From an uncultured Actinomycetota bacterium (GTDB lineage: Bacteria; Actinomycetota; Thermoleophilia; Gaiellales; F1-60-MAGs149), in contig CAVYFW010000006.1 in assembly GCA_963767885.1 (NCBI GenBank), forward strand, positions 156,172 through 220,171: a stretch of DNA of 64,000 nt, given 5' to 3'. Of this stretch, positions 8,846 to 17,831 are shown one piece after another. The position numbers and the translations under genes are program-made. A model generated the notes under the pieces. That model was not told where the DNA came from. It saw nothing but the letters and a program-made list of their open reading frames with translations, and searched no databases. Position 1 is the first letter of the stretch; every line of letters starts with the position of its first letter.

Positions 8846-9424
8846 ATGCCGGCGGACCGCGAGCCGAACCGCGTGATCGTGGTGCTGGGGTACGACGAGA
8901 TCGGCGACGACGGTGCGCACCGCATCAGCGCCATCTGCCGGGCCGGCGTCCGGCGCACCGAGGCGTTGGCGGCCGAGTCGAGCCCGCTCGCGGTGATCTT
9001 CACCGGCTGGTCCTCGAACGGCGGGCCGTCGGAGGCAGAGCAGATGCGGGACGCCTGGCAGGGCCGGTGGGACGTCCCGCTCCTGCTCGAGCCGTTCGCG
9101 GTCAACACCGCCGAGAACGCCGTGCGCTCGCTCCTGCTGACGTCGCGCATCGCGGACGTGGAGGAGGTCGTCGTCGTCTGCTCCGTCCGGCACGCGCTGC
9201 GCGCGCACTTCTTCTTCGACGGCCTCTACCGGCGCCACGGCTACCGCGTCGGCTACCGCTACGTCCTGCGGCCCGCACCGTCGCCGGCGCTGTGGGCTGC
9301 CGAGGCCTCGTCGATCACGCGCATGGTTCGCGATCGGCGTGCGGCGCTCGGCCTGCTCGGCGATGGCGCAGCAGGTGACCGGGCGGACGCGCGCGTTCCG
9401 CAGGGTCACGCCGCCGGACGCTGA
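8846..9424 (+). CDS. YdcF/DUF218 (ElyC/SanA-like) family protein
   Basis: 192-aa ORF with VIVVLGYDE...VIFTGWSSNGGPSEAEQMRDAW...EPFAVNTAENAVRS, typical of DUF218. Confidence 0.7.
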   Translation: MPADREPNRVIVVLGYDEIGDDGAHRISAICRAGVRRTEALAAESSPLAVIFTGWSSNGGPSEAEQMRDAWQGRWDVPLLLEPFAVNTAENAVRSLLLTSRIADVEEVVVVCSVRHALRAHFFFDGLYRRHGYRVGYRYVLRPAPSPALWAAEASSITRMVRDRRAALGLLGDGAAGDRADARVPQGHAAGR

Positions 9425-9445
9425 GGCGCGCGCCCCGAGCCGGTC

Positions 9446-10399
9446 TCAGCCCATCGTCGGGTCGCGCAGCCGCTGCAGTGCGACGAGCGTGCGGTCGCGG
9501 CGCTCGGCGATCGCCCGCGCCCCGTCCGGGTCGTACGGCCCCAGCACGCCGAGCCCGCCCTTCACGCCGAGCGCGCCCTGCTCGCGGATCGTCCGCAGCG
9601 CGGCGGGCGGCTCCGTGTCGTTGGCGAGCTCCGGGTAGAGCTCCTGCGCGACCGCCTCGTGCACGTCGAGGCCGGCCAGATCGACGGTCTGGAAGGGGCC
9701 GATCGCAGCCCAGCGCGCGCCGAGGCCCTCCACCACCGCGCGGTCGACGTCCGCCGGGCTGCACACGCCCGCCTCGACGAGCGCCCACGCCTCGCGCAGC
9801 AGCGCGTACTGCAGGCGGTTGCCGACGAAGCCGGGCACCGCGCGCTGGACCACCACCGGCGCCTTGCCCAGCGCCTCGCTGAGGGCCACGAGGCGCTCCA
9901 GCACGGCCGGCGCCGTCGCGGGCGCGCCGACGACCTCGACCAGCGGCACGAGCTCGGCGGGGTGGAACCAGTGCCAGCCGGCGAACCGCTCCGGCTTGCT
10001 GAGCGCCGCGGCGAGCTCCACCAGCGGGAGCGAGGAGGTGTTGGTGACCAGGAGGCCGCCCTCGGCCAGCGACTCCTCCGCTTGCGGCAGCACCTCGAGC
10101 TTGACGTCCAGCGACTCCGAGACGGTCTCCACGACGAGGTCGAAGCGTGTCGCGTCCCAGCCGAGCGTCGCCGCCACCCGCGCCGCGGCGGCGTCGGCGG
10201 CGCGTTGCGACGAGGCGCCGAGCCGTACGAGGTTTGCGAGCCGGGCCCGCGTCGCGAGGACGCTGGCGTCGACCGCCTCGGCGCGGCGCACCACCAGCGT
10301 CGTCGGGATGCCGGCCAGGGCGAGCCGCGCGGCGATGCCGGGGCCCATGGCGCCCGCGCCGGCGACGGCCGCCCGTTCGATGCCACCGCTGCTGTCCAC
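9446..10399 (-). CDS. 3-hydroxyacyl-CoA (3-hydroxybutyryl-CoA) dehydrogenase family protein
   Basis: The real part of listed ORF 9446..10714 starts at GTG 10399 (VDSSGGIERAAVAGAGAMGPGIA: Rossmann GxGxxG). It continues ...TNTSSLPL..., HWFHPAELVPLVEVV and PGFVGNRLQYALLREA. Confidence 0.85.
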   Translation of the reverse strand: MDSSGGIERAAVAGAGAMGPGIAARLALAGIPTTLVVRRAEAVDASVLATRARLANLVRLGASSQRAADAAAARVAATLGWDATRFDLVVETVSESLDVKLEVLPQAEESLAEGGLLVTNTSSLPLVELAAALSKPERFAGWHWFHPAELVPLVEVVGAPATAPAVLERLVALSEALGKAPVVVQRAVPGFVGNRLQYALLREAWALVEAGVCSPADVDRAVVEGLGARWAAIGPFQTVDLAGLDVHEAVAQELYPELANDTEPPAALRTIREQGALGVKGGLGVLGPYDPDGARAIAERRDRTLVALQRLRDPTMG

Positions 10400-10455
10400 G
10401 CGCACATGGTGGCGCGCACGGCGGGCGGGTGGGAGCGGGCGGTAGCATTGGCCGC

Positions 10456-12210
10456 GTGCCGGGGGTGGGTCAGGAGCCGGAGCGCACGCCGCTCGGCGGG
10501 ATCTCGCGCGGCCTGACGCGGCGCGCGCTCGTCCGCCGCGGCGCCGCCGTCGCGCTCGGGCTGCCGGTGCTCGGCTGGCTCGTGGCGGCGTGCGGCGGCG
10601 GCAAGAAGGACGCCACAGGCTCGACCGCGGCCGCCACGAGCGCGGCGGAGACGACGGAGGCGACGCCGACCACGGGCGGCGCCGGACCTGCCTCCAGCGA
10701 CGAGGCGAAGGCACCGGCGTCCACCGCCGAGGGCGGGGCCGTGAGCATCGAGGGCGTGGCGCCGCCGACCGGCGCCGTCGTGCGGATCGGTCTGGTCGCG
10801 CCGGCGCCGCAGCTCGACCCGCTGCTCCTGGCCGACCACGCCGGCATCGTCGCCGCGCAGCAGGTCGGCGAGCACCTGGTGTGGGTCGAGAACGACCTCT
10901 CGCTGCGGCCCGTGCTGGCCGAGCGCTGGGCGCCGAACGACGACGGCTCGGAGTGGACGTTCCTGCTCTACGAGGGCATCACGACCCACGACGGCACGCC
11001 CGTGACCGCCACCGACGTCGTCGCCGTCCTCGACGCCATCCCGCCCCGCACCGGCGCCTCGCCGGCCGACCGCACCCTGCGCGACGTGCTGCCGCAGGGC
11101 GGGGTGACGGCGCTCGACGACCGCTCGCTCGTCTTCAAGCTCACCACGGTGGTCTCCGACTTCCCGTACCTGCTGTCCCAGGAGACGCCCGAGGCGCTGA
11201 TCCTGCCCGGTGCGGCCAGCGGCAGCTGGAACGGCACCGGCCCCTTCCGCCTCGTCGCCCACGAGCCCGGCGTGCGCACCACCTTCGCCCGCCACGACGG
11301 CTACTGGAACGAGGAGCGCGCGCCGCTCCTGGACGGCGTCGAGCTGGTCTACCTGCCCGACGTCGACGCCCTGCTCGCGGCGCTGAAGGCGGGGGACGTC
11401 CACGTCGCCGACGAGATCGCCGCCGTCGGCGCCCGCGCCCTCTTCGACGACGCCACGCTCGTCGTCCTCAACGCCCGCACGTCGGCGCACCGGCAGGTGC
11501 ACATGCGCGTCGACACGGCGCCGTTCGACGACGTCCGGGTGCGCCAGGCGGTCGCCCTGCTCGTCGACCGCGACGCGCTCCTGGAGGACCTCCTCGACTT
11601 CCAGGCGGACGCCGGCAACGACTCGCCGCTCGCGCCGGTCTTCACCACGACCGATCCCGACGTGCCGCAGCGCACCCTCGACGTCGACGAGGCGAAGCGG
11701 CTGCTCCGGGCCGCCGGGCACCCGACGCTGCAGGTGACGCTGACCGTCCCGCAGACGGCGGAGCTGCCCGCGCTCGGCGAGGCGCTCGCGCAGCAGCTCG
11801 CGGAGGGCGGCATCGAGGTCGAGCTGCAGCCGGTCGAGCGAGAGGCCTACGTCGGCACCGGCGCCGGGGGCGGACCCACCTGGCTCGAGGTCCCGTTCGG
11901 CATCATCGACCACCCGCACCGCGCGACGCCCAACACCATCCTCGCGGGCTCCGTCGCGTCGGACGGCGCGTGGAACGCCGCCCACTACGCGAGCCCGGTC
12001 GCCGACGACCTCGTGCGCCAGCTCGAGGCCGCGCTCACCGACGACCAGCGCCTGCCGCTCTCCGGCGAGCTCCAGCGGCAGCTGCTCGAGGACACGCCGA
12101 TGGTCGTGCCGTACTTCCCGAGCGCGCTGCGGGCAGCGTCGGTGAAGGTCGTCGGCGTCGAGGCGAGCCCGTACGGCGCGCTCGACCTGTCGCAGACCTC
12201 GCTCGCCTGA
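10456..12210 (+). CDS. ABC transporter substrate-binding lipoprotein, family 5 (peptide/nickel type)
   Basis: GTG at 10456 within listed ORF 10147..12210. It has a Tat-like TRRALVRRGAAVALG and lipobox LVAACGG, then a typical SBP_bac_5 body (LAERWAPNDDGSEWTFLLYEGITTHDGTPVTATDV...). Intact. Confidence 0.85.
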   Translation: MPGVGQEPERTPLGGISRGLTRRALVRRGAAVALGLPVLGWLVAACGGGKKDATGSTAAATSAAETTEATPTTGGAGPASSDEAKAPASTAEGGAVSIEGVAPPTGAVVRIGLVAPAPQLDPLLLADHAGIVAAQQVGEHLVWVENDLSLRPVLAERWAPNDDGSEWTFLLYEGITTHDGTPVTATDVVAVLDAIPPRTGASPADRTLRDVLPQGGVTALDDRSLVFKLTTVVSDFPYLLSQETPEALILPGAASGSWNGTGPFRLVAHEPGVRTTFARHDGYWNEERAPLLDGVELVYLPDVDALLAALKAGDVHVADEIAAVGARALFDDATLVVLNARTSAHRQVHMRVDTAPFDDVRVRQAVALLVDRDALLEDLLDFQADAGNDSPLAPVFTTTDPDVPQRTLDVDEAKRLLRAAGHPTLQVTLTVPQTAELPALGEALAQQLAEGGIEVELQPVEREAYVGTGAGGGPTWLEVPFGIIDHPHRATPNTILAGSVASDGAWNAAHYASPVADDLVRQLEAALTDDQRLPLSGELQRQLLEDTPMVVPYFPSALRAASVKVVGVEASPYGALDLSQTSLA

Positions 12211-12264
12211 CACACGGCGGCCGCGCGATGTGGCGGAACCGCTGCAGCGCGCCGCGCCTCCGGC

Positions 12265-12486
12265 GTGCACGCTACCGACGTGCGGATCCGCGCAGCCGTC
12301 CTGCCCCACACCGGCGCCCCGCTCGAGGTCGGCGAGCTCGACCTCGCGGGGCCGCAGCGCGGCGAGGTGCTGGTGCGCCTGCACGCGTCCGGCGTCTGCT
12401 CGCATCGCCTGCCGCTCGACGGGATCGGGGCGGCGTTCGACCTGCTGCGCGCCGGCCACGCCCGCCGCGCGGTGATCACGCTATGA
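12265..12486 (+). pseudogene. relic of a Zn-dependent alcohol dehydrogenase with a large in-frame internal deletion
   Basis: 73-aa ORF. The first ~47 aa match an ADH N-terminus (IRAAVLPHTGAPLEVGELDLAGPQRGEVLVRLHASGVCSH). The last ~26 aa match an ADH C-terminus (LPLDGIGAAFDLLRAGHARRAVITL). The roughly 300-aa catalytic/Rossmann core is missing. Confidence 0.7.
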
Positions 12487-12496
12487 GGAGCGCGAC

Positions 12497-13032
12497 GTGA
12501 CGCAGCACCGTGACCCGCTCGACGGGCGCATCGGCGAGGGCTGGTCGGGGGAGGCGCCCAACGGCAGCCACATCAACGTCGTGGTCGCGCGGCGCGGCTC
12601 GCCGTCGCACGCGGCGATCGTCGGCGCCCTGGCGAGCCCGCGGCCCGGGCACGTGCCCTTCCTGCCCGTCATGCAGCTCGGCGAGGTCGTGCGCCCCGTC
12701 GCCGTGATCGTCAACAAGAACACGCTGCCTGCGGACGGGGGCGAGCTCGCCCGCCTGACCTGGGGCGCCGCCCAGCTCGGCATCGCCCAGGGCGTCCTGG
12801 ACTGCGTCGCCGACGGCACGCTGCCCGCCGAGCAGGTCGACGACCTCGCGCTGCTGGTCGCCGTCTGGGTCTCCGGCGACGCGAGCGACGAGACCGCGCT
12901 GAAGACGGCCAACCGCGAGGCGTGCGCCGCCGCGATCCGCGACGCCGTCGCGGCGCGTCTCGGCCGAGGAGGCGCGCGGCGCTGGCCGATCGCCGCGAGG
13001 AGGCGTCGAACGTGTACTACCAGGGGTCGTAG
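12497..13032 (+). pseudogene. fae: formaldehyde-activating enzyme (Fae) homologue; 3' end out of frame as given
   Basis: MTQHRDPLDGRIGEGWSGEAPNGSHINVVVARRGSPSHAAIVGAL...NKNTL...WGAAQLGIAQGVLDCVADGTLPAEQVDDLALLVAVWV... aligns by eye along the whole length of Methylobacterium Fae (recalled from memory). After ...AIRDAVAA the natural-looking tail VSAEEAR / LADRREEASNVYYQGS* is in other frames, with 1-2 shifts near 12955-12980. Stop TAG at 13030-13032. Confidence 0.7.
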
Positions 13033-13033
13033 C

Positions 13034-14145
13034 GTGCGCATCGCGAGCATCGAGACGCGCCGCTACCGCGTCGCCTTCGACCCGCCGTTCCGCGCCGCCT
13101 GGGACCCGGTGCCCCGCACGGGGCAGGACGCGACGCTCGTCATCGTGACCGCGGACGACGGCACGCAGGGCTTCGCGAGCGGCGACCACCTGCCGGACGC
13201 GGACGTGCTCGCGCCGCTCGTGGTCGGCCTCGACCCGCGCCGCACCGAGGTCGTGCGCGAGCTCGTCGAGACGGTCGACTTCCACGGCGGGCGCGGCTGG
13301 ATCCTGGAGGTCGCCGTCTGGGACCTCGTCGGCCGGGCGCTCGACACGCCGCTCTGGCAGCTCCTCGGCGGCCGCTCCGACAGCCTGCTGGCGTACGCGT
13401 CGAGCGGCGAGCTCGTGGCGCCGGAGGAGCGGGCGGCACGCGCGGTGGCGCTGCGCGACCGCGGCGTGCGGGCGATGAAGATCCGCTTCCACCACGCCGA
13501 CTGGCGCCGCGACGTGGAGGTCGTCGAGGCGGTGCGCGACGCCGTCGGCTCCGACCTCGAGCTGATGGTCGACGCGAACCAGGGCTGGCGCATGGCCGGC
13601 GACCGCGAGCCGCGCTGGGACGTCGCCACGGCGGCGCAGTGCGCGGCCGCGCTGGAGCGCCTCGGCGTGTGGTGGCTGGAGGAGCCGCTGCCGACGGCCG
13701 ACCTCGAGGGCTACGCGCGGCTGCGGGCGCGCACCGACATCCGGCTCGCCGCCGGGGAGATGGTGCGCACCGCACACGAGGCCCGCGACCTCGTGCTGCG
13801 CGGCGGGCTCGACGTCATCCAGCCCGACGTCGTGCTGAGCCGGCGGCATCGGCGGCTGCCGTCGGCTGGCGGCGCTCGCCGACCTGTGCGGCCGCATGTT
13901 CTCGCCGCACACGTGGTCGAACGGCTACGGGCTGGTGGCCAACCTGCACCTCGCCCTGGCGGTGTCCACGTGCCCGTTCGTCGAGGTCCCGTTCGATCCG
14001 CCGGCGTGGTCGGCCGAGCGGCGCGACTGGCTCCTGCCGGCGCCGGTCGAGATCGCCGCCGGACGGGACGATCGCGCCGCCGCCGGGGCCCGGCCTCGGC
14101 GTCACGCCGGACCTGGAGGCACTGGAGCGCCACCGCGTCGGCTGA
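13034..14145 (+). pseudogene. enolase-superfamily enzyme (mandelate racemase/muconate lactonizing family); 2 frame breaks as given
   Basis: GTG at 13034 (VRIASIETRRYRV...). Family motifs MKIRFH, MVDANQGW, WWLEEPL and RLAAGE are present. The reading continues in +1 frames near 13838 (GGIGGCRRLAALADLCGRMFSPHTWSNGYG...) and near 14065 (...DGTIAPPPGPGLGVTPDLEALERHRVG*). Confidence 0.75.
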
Positions 14146-14168
14146 GCCGGGCGGCCTGCGCGCCCGTC

Positions 14169-14804
14169 CTACGGGCGACGCCGCCCGAGGCGGTTGCCGA
14201 CCTCGGCGATGGCGAGGGCGGCGACGATCATGCCGGCGAGGATGCCGAGGCAGCGCACGAGCACGCCGCCGTAGCCGAGCTCCGAGGCGTCGAGGAACGG
14301 GTACGGGTACCAGTCCACGATCTCCCCGCGGATCAGGCTGTAGGCGAAGTACGCGAGCGGGTACAGGAGCCACAGGAGCGCCACCCGCGGCGCCAGGCGG
14401 TGGCGCGGCGGGTCGACGAGCCAGTCGGCCAGCAGCGCGACGGGCATCAGCCGGTGCACGACGAAGTCGACCCAGGCGATGTGCGTCTGCAGCTCCTCCT
14501 GCATGCCGGACAGGAAGAGGGCGAAGACCACCCCGGTGATGACCATGTAGAGCGTGACCGCACCGCGCACCGCGTCGAAGGTCGGGCCCCGGTCGTCGCG
14601 CCGCACGAGCACGCACGCCGCCAGCAGCGCGATCGCCAGGACGTTGCTCTGGACGGTGAAGAAGCTGAAGAAGTTCGCCGGCCGGAAGACGTCGGCGTCC
14701 TCCAGGTTCGCGATCTGGTACGCCAGGGCGGCGACCGCGCTCCCGGCCATGGCGAGCCGCAGGACGTCGTGCAGGACGGACGCGCCGAAGCGCCGGGTGG
14801 CCAC
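14169..14804 (-). CDS. Pr6Pr-family integral membrane protein
   Basis: Intact 211-aa ORF with about 6 hydrophobic segments and FFSFFTVQSNVLAIALL typical of the family. Confidence 0.65.
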   Translation of the reverse strand: MATRRFGASVLHDVLRLAMAGSAVAALAYQIANLEDADVFRPANFFSFFTVQSNVLAIALLAACVLVRRDDRGPTFDAVRGAVTLYMVITGVVFALFLSGMQEELQTHIAWVDFVVHRLMPVALLADWLVDPPRHRLAPRVALLWLLYPLAYFAYSLIRGEIVDWYPYPFLDASELGYGGVLVRCLGILAGMIVAALAIAEVGNRLGRRRP

Positions 14805-14846
14805 GCGGGGAACCTACCAGGCCCCCGTTCCGGTTACAGTCGTGGC

Positions 14847-15759
14847 ATGGCCGCGAGCCCGCCGCGTCCCGAGGCGCCGCCCGTCGTCACGCCGCGCGAG
14901 TGGGTGCGCCTGCTCGGTGGCGAGGACGTGCTCGCGATGCCGACGGACCGCTGGCGGGCGCTCGACGTCGGCGTGTTCCGCTTCGGCGACATGCGCGATC
15001 CGGTCGTCGTGCCGCCGATCGACCACCACTACGTCTCGTTCACGGTGCGGGGGCCGCTGCTGATCGAGCGCGAGCTCGGCGGCGGGGTCGAGCGCGGCAG
15101 CTTCCGGCGCGGGCTCTCGCTGATCATGGCGGCCGGGCAGACGAACCGGTGGCGCTGGGACCAGCCGACGACGGAGCTGCAGCTGTACCTGCGGCCGAGC
15201 TTCCTGGAGGAGACCGCGCAGCAGGCTGGCCTGCAGGCGCCGACGCTCATCGACCGCTTCGCGTTCGAGGACCCGATCCTCCGGCACGCCGTCGAGGGGC
15301 TGCTCGACGAGCTCCGCGACCCCACCGCGGCCGGTGCCCTGTTCGGCGACGTGGCCGCGCAGTTCGTGGCCCTGCACCTGCTGCGCCGCCACTGCACCTC
15401 GGCGCGGCTCGGCGAGGAGGTCGCGCGCGGCCTCACGCCGCGGCAGCTGCGCCGCGTGAGCGAGCTCGCCGACGCGCGGCTGGGCGACGACCTGACCCTC
15501 GACGACCTGGCCGCGGCCGCCGGCCTCAGCCGCTTCCACTTCGCCCGCGCCTTCCGCCGCAGCACCGGCACGTCGCCGCATCGCTGGCTGGTGGCGCGGC
15601 GCATGGCCCGCGCCCGCGAGCTGCTGGCGGCGACCGACCTCCCGATCGGCGATGTCGCGCTGCTGCTCGGCTTCCGCAGCCAGAGCCACTTCGGCCAGGC
15701 CTTCCGCCGCGACGCGGGCGCCACCCCGGGCGCGTACCGCCGCGACCGTCCGGTACTAG
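14847..15759 (+). pseudogene. AraC-family transcriptional regulator; stop codon is out of frame as given
   Basis: ATG at 14847. It has an N-terminal cupin-like sensor and a C-terminal double HTH (LDDLAAAAGLSRFHFARAFRRSTGTSPHRWLVARRMARARELL...LLLGFRSQSHFGQAFRRDAGATPGAY). In the given frame it runs on into the next gene. A TAG at 15757-15759 sits in the +1 frame, and 14847..15759 is 913 nt (3n+1), which fits one extra base near the 3' end. Confidence 0.75.
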
Positions 15760-15854
15760 ACGCGCACGTTCGCGACAGGGCGCGCACGGCGCCGAGAGAC
15801 GCTGCGGCGAGGGGTGCGGACAATGGTCGGACCGGAGGAGTCACGGCTGACGAG

Positions 15855-17261
15855 GTGGCGGGCTTGACGACCGACAAGCGCTGGGGCGACGAGCCGTACT
15901 ACGGGCTCGACCGCGAGTTCGACCCGGGCTGGTTCCTGACCGACGAGCAGAAGGCGCTCGAGGAGGAGCTCATCGAGCGCTGCCGGACGGTGCTGCGGCC
16001 CGTGGCGATCGAGTCGGACCGCACCAACCGCTACCCGCGCGAGAACCTCGAGGCCATCGCCGACATGGGGCTGCTCGCGATCGTCGTGCCGGAGAAGTGG
16101 GGCGGCCGCGGCGAGAACCACGTCGGCACGCTGATGGTCACGGAGACCATCGCGCGCTACGGCTGCCCGTCGACGGCGCTGATCTACATGATGCACATGG
16201 TCGCGGTGGCCGGCCTGGTCTACCGGGCGCACGACAACCCGGAGATCCAGTCGCTGCTGCGGCGCATCGACCCCGACTGCCTGATCGGCTCGGCGTCGTA
16301 CACCGACCCGGAGACGGGCGGCCACTTCTGGTACCCGAAGGTCTCCAGCGCCGAGCGCGTCGAGGGCGGCTGGCACGTGCGCAAGAAGGCCGCCTGGACG
16401 ACGTCGAGCGGCTACGCCGACTGGTACATCTCGCAGACGACGAGCCCCGACTTCTCGGGCGACTACTCCGACCTCTCGGTCTTCCTGTTCTACAAGGACG
16501 AGGTGCAGGGCAGCGCGGGGGCGTGGGACGCGATGGGCATGCACGGCAACCAGTCCGGGCCCGTCACGATCGACGCCGTCATCCCCGAGAACCGCATCGT
16601 CGGCTGGCCGGGCGACGGCGCCGCGTCCAACGACGAGGCGATCGACCCCCTCGCGTACCTCATGTACGCCGGCGCGTACAACGGCGTGGCGATGGGCTGC
16701 ATCGACGTCGCCAAGCGCCACGTCACGCGCAAGGCGCACGCGCAGTACGGCCGGCGGGTGGCCGACTACCCCACGATCCAGGACGCGTTCGGCGCCGCGC
16801 TCTGCGACGCGCAGGCCTCGCGCCTCTTCGCCTACTCCTTCGCCCGGGCGCTGGACGACATCACGGATGACGGCAGCTGGGAGATGTACGAGCGCGACCC
16901 GCACACGAAGCCGCGCGCGACGTACACGTCGTGGGGCCTGGTCGCCAAGGTGCTGGCGGCCAAGCTCGCGACCGAGGTCTCGGACGCCATGCTGCACACC
17001 TGCGGCGGGCGCGGCTACATGCGCGACCTGGAGCTGGAGCGCCTGGTGCGCGACTCGAAGGCCGGCTGGGTGATGGCGCCGTCCAACGAGGTGTCGCGGC
17101 AGATGGTCGGCAAGTGGGCGCTGCTCGGCCCGCAGGCCGTCGACTGGTGGAACCAGCAGGTGGACGAGCCCGTGCTGATGAACGAGCTCGGCAAGCTCGA
17201 CGACGAGGGCAAGCGCCGGATCATCGAGCACCTCAGCTCCACCCTCCCCGTGCAGGCCTGA
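15855..17261 (+). CDS. acyl-CoA dehydrogenase-like flavoprotein
   Basis: The in-frame GTG 15855 (or TTG 15864) follows GGAGGAG at 15834-15840. The ACAD fold is recognisable (FLTDEQKALEEELIERCRTVLRPVAIESDRTNRYPRENLEAIADMGLL...GGRGYMRDLELERLVRDSKAGWVMAPSNEV). Intact to the stop at 17259-17261. Confidence 0.8.
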   Translation: MAGLTTDKRWGDEPYYGLDREFDPGWFLTDEQKALEEELIERCRTVLRPVAIESDRTNRYPRENLEAIADMGLLAIVVPEKWGGRGENHVGTLMVTETIARYGCPSTALIYMMHMVAVAGLVYRAHDNPEIQSLLRRIDPDCLIGSASYTDPETGGHFWYPKVSSAERVEGGWHVRKKAAWTTSSGYADWYISQTTSPDFSGDYSDLSVFLFYKDEVQGSAGAWDAMGMHGNQSGPVTIDAVIPENRIVGWPGDGAASNDEAIDPLAYLMYAGAYNGVAMGCIDVAKRHVTRKAHAQYGRRVADYPTIQDAFGAALCDAQASRLFAYSFARALDDITDDGSWEMYERDPHTKPRATYTSWGLVAKVLAAKLATEVSDAMLHTCGGRGYMRDLELERLVRDSKAGWVMAPSNEVSRQMVGKWALLGPQAVDWWNQQVDEPVLMNELGKLDDEGKRRIIEHLSSTLPVQA

Positions 17262-17273
17262 CCGGAGGACCCC

Positions 17274-17795
17274 ATGAGCATCGTCGTGCCGAACAACGCC
17301 TACGCGCTCTCCGACCCACCGCTGCTGGGGCACCTCGGGATGCGCTCGGAGCTGGTCGTGCCGCCACACGACGACGAGCGCATCTGGGTCGAGCTCGAGC
17401 CGAACGTGTGGACGCGGCCGCTGTACTTCGACATGAACTCGGGCGGCCACTGCGAGGTCCTGCGCGTGCGCCGCGGCGGGGTGCTCGGCCGCCACCGCCA
17501 CCCGAGCCCGGTGCACGGCTTCGTGCTCAAGGGCCGCTGGCGCTACCTCGAGCACTCGTGGGTCGCCGAGGAGGGGTCGTACGTCTTCGAGACGCCGGGC
17601 GAGGTCCACACGCTGACCGTCGACGACGACGACGAGATGCAGACCTTCTTCTACGTCGGCGGCCCGACGCTCTACGTCGACGACAACGACCAGGTGACGG
17701 TGGTCGAGGACAACTTCCAGCTCATCGAGCTGGCGCGCGAGCACTACGCGAAGGTCGGACTGGGCGCGGACTTCGTGAACCAGTTCATCCGCTGA
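17274..17795 (+). CDS. cupin protein of the 2,4'-dihydroxyacetophenone dioxygenase (DAD) family
   Basis: 173-aa ORF with CEVLRVRRGGVLGRHRHPSPVHGFVLKGRWRYLEHSWVAEEGSYVFETPGEVHTL, a cupin His cluster of the DAD/ChrR-like type. Confidence 0.65.
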   Translation: MSIVVPNNAYALSDPPLLGHLGMRSELVVPPHDDERIWVELEPNVWTRPLYFDMNSGGHCEVLRVRRGGVLGRHRHPSPVHGFVLKGRWRYLEHSWVAEEGSYVFETPGEVHTLTVDDDDEMQTFFYVGGPTLYVDDNDQVTVVEDNFQLIELAREHYAKVGLGADFVNQFIR

Positions 17796-17831
17796 CGGCG
17801 GAAGGGAACGGGCGCGCGTACGGTTCCACCC

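Noticed and set aside
9562-12500. ORFs 9562..12459 (minus, 965 aa) and 10590..12500 (plus, 636 aa)
   Set aside because: They are antisense or off-frame relative to the intact binding-protein and dehydrogenase genes. Composition is dominated by R/A/G/P with no motifs.
12497-14539. 680-aa ORF read as a natural Fae-enolase fusion protein
   Set aside because: The linker is Arg-rich junk. An alternative frame gives a protein-like Fae tail ending in a stop 1 nt before a GTG that starts the enolase-family gene, so two genes plus an indel is the better reading.
13896-17261. 1121-aa ORF as one protein
   Set aside because: It is a composite of the enolase-gene tail, antisense sequence of the Pr6Pr gene, the AraC regulator and the ACAD-like gene. 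They are joined only because stops are rare and one stop is shifted out of frame.
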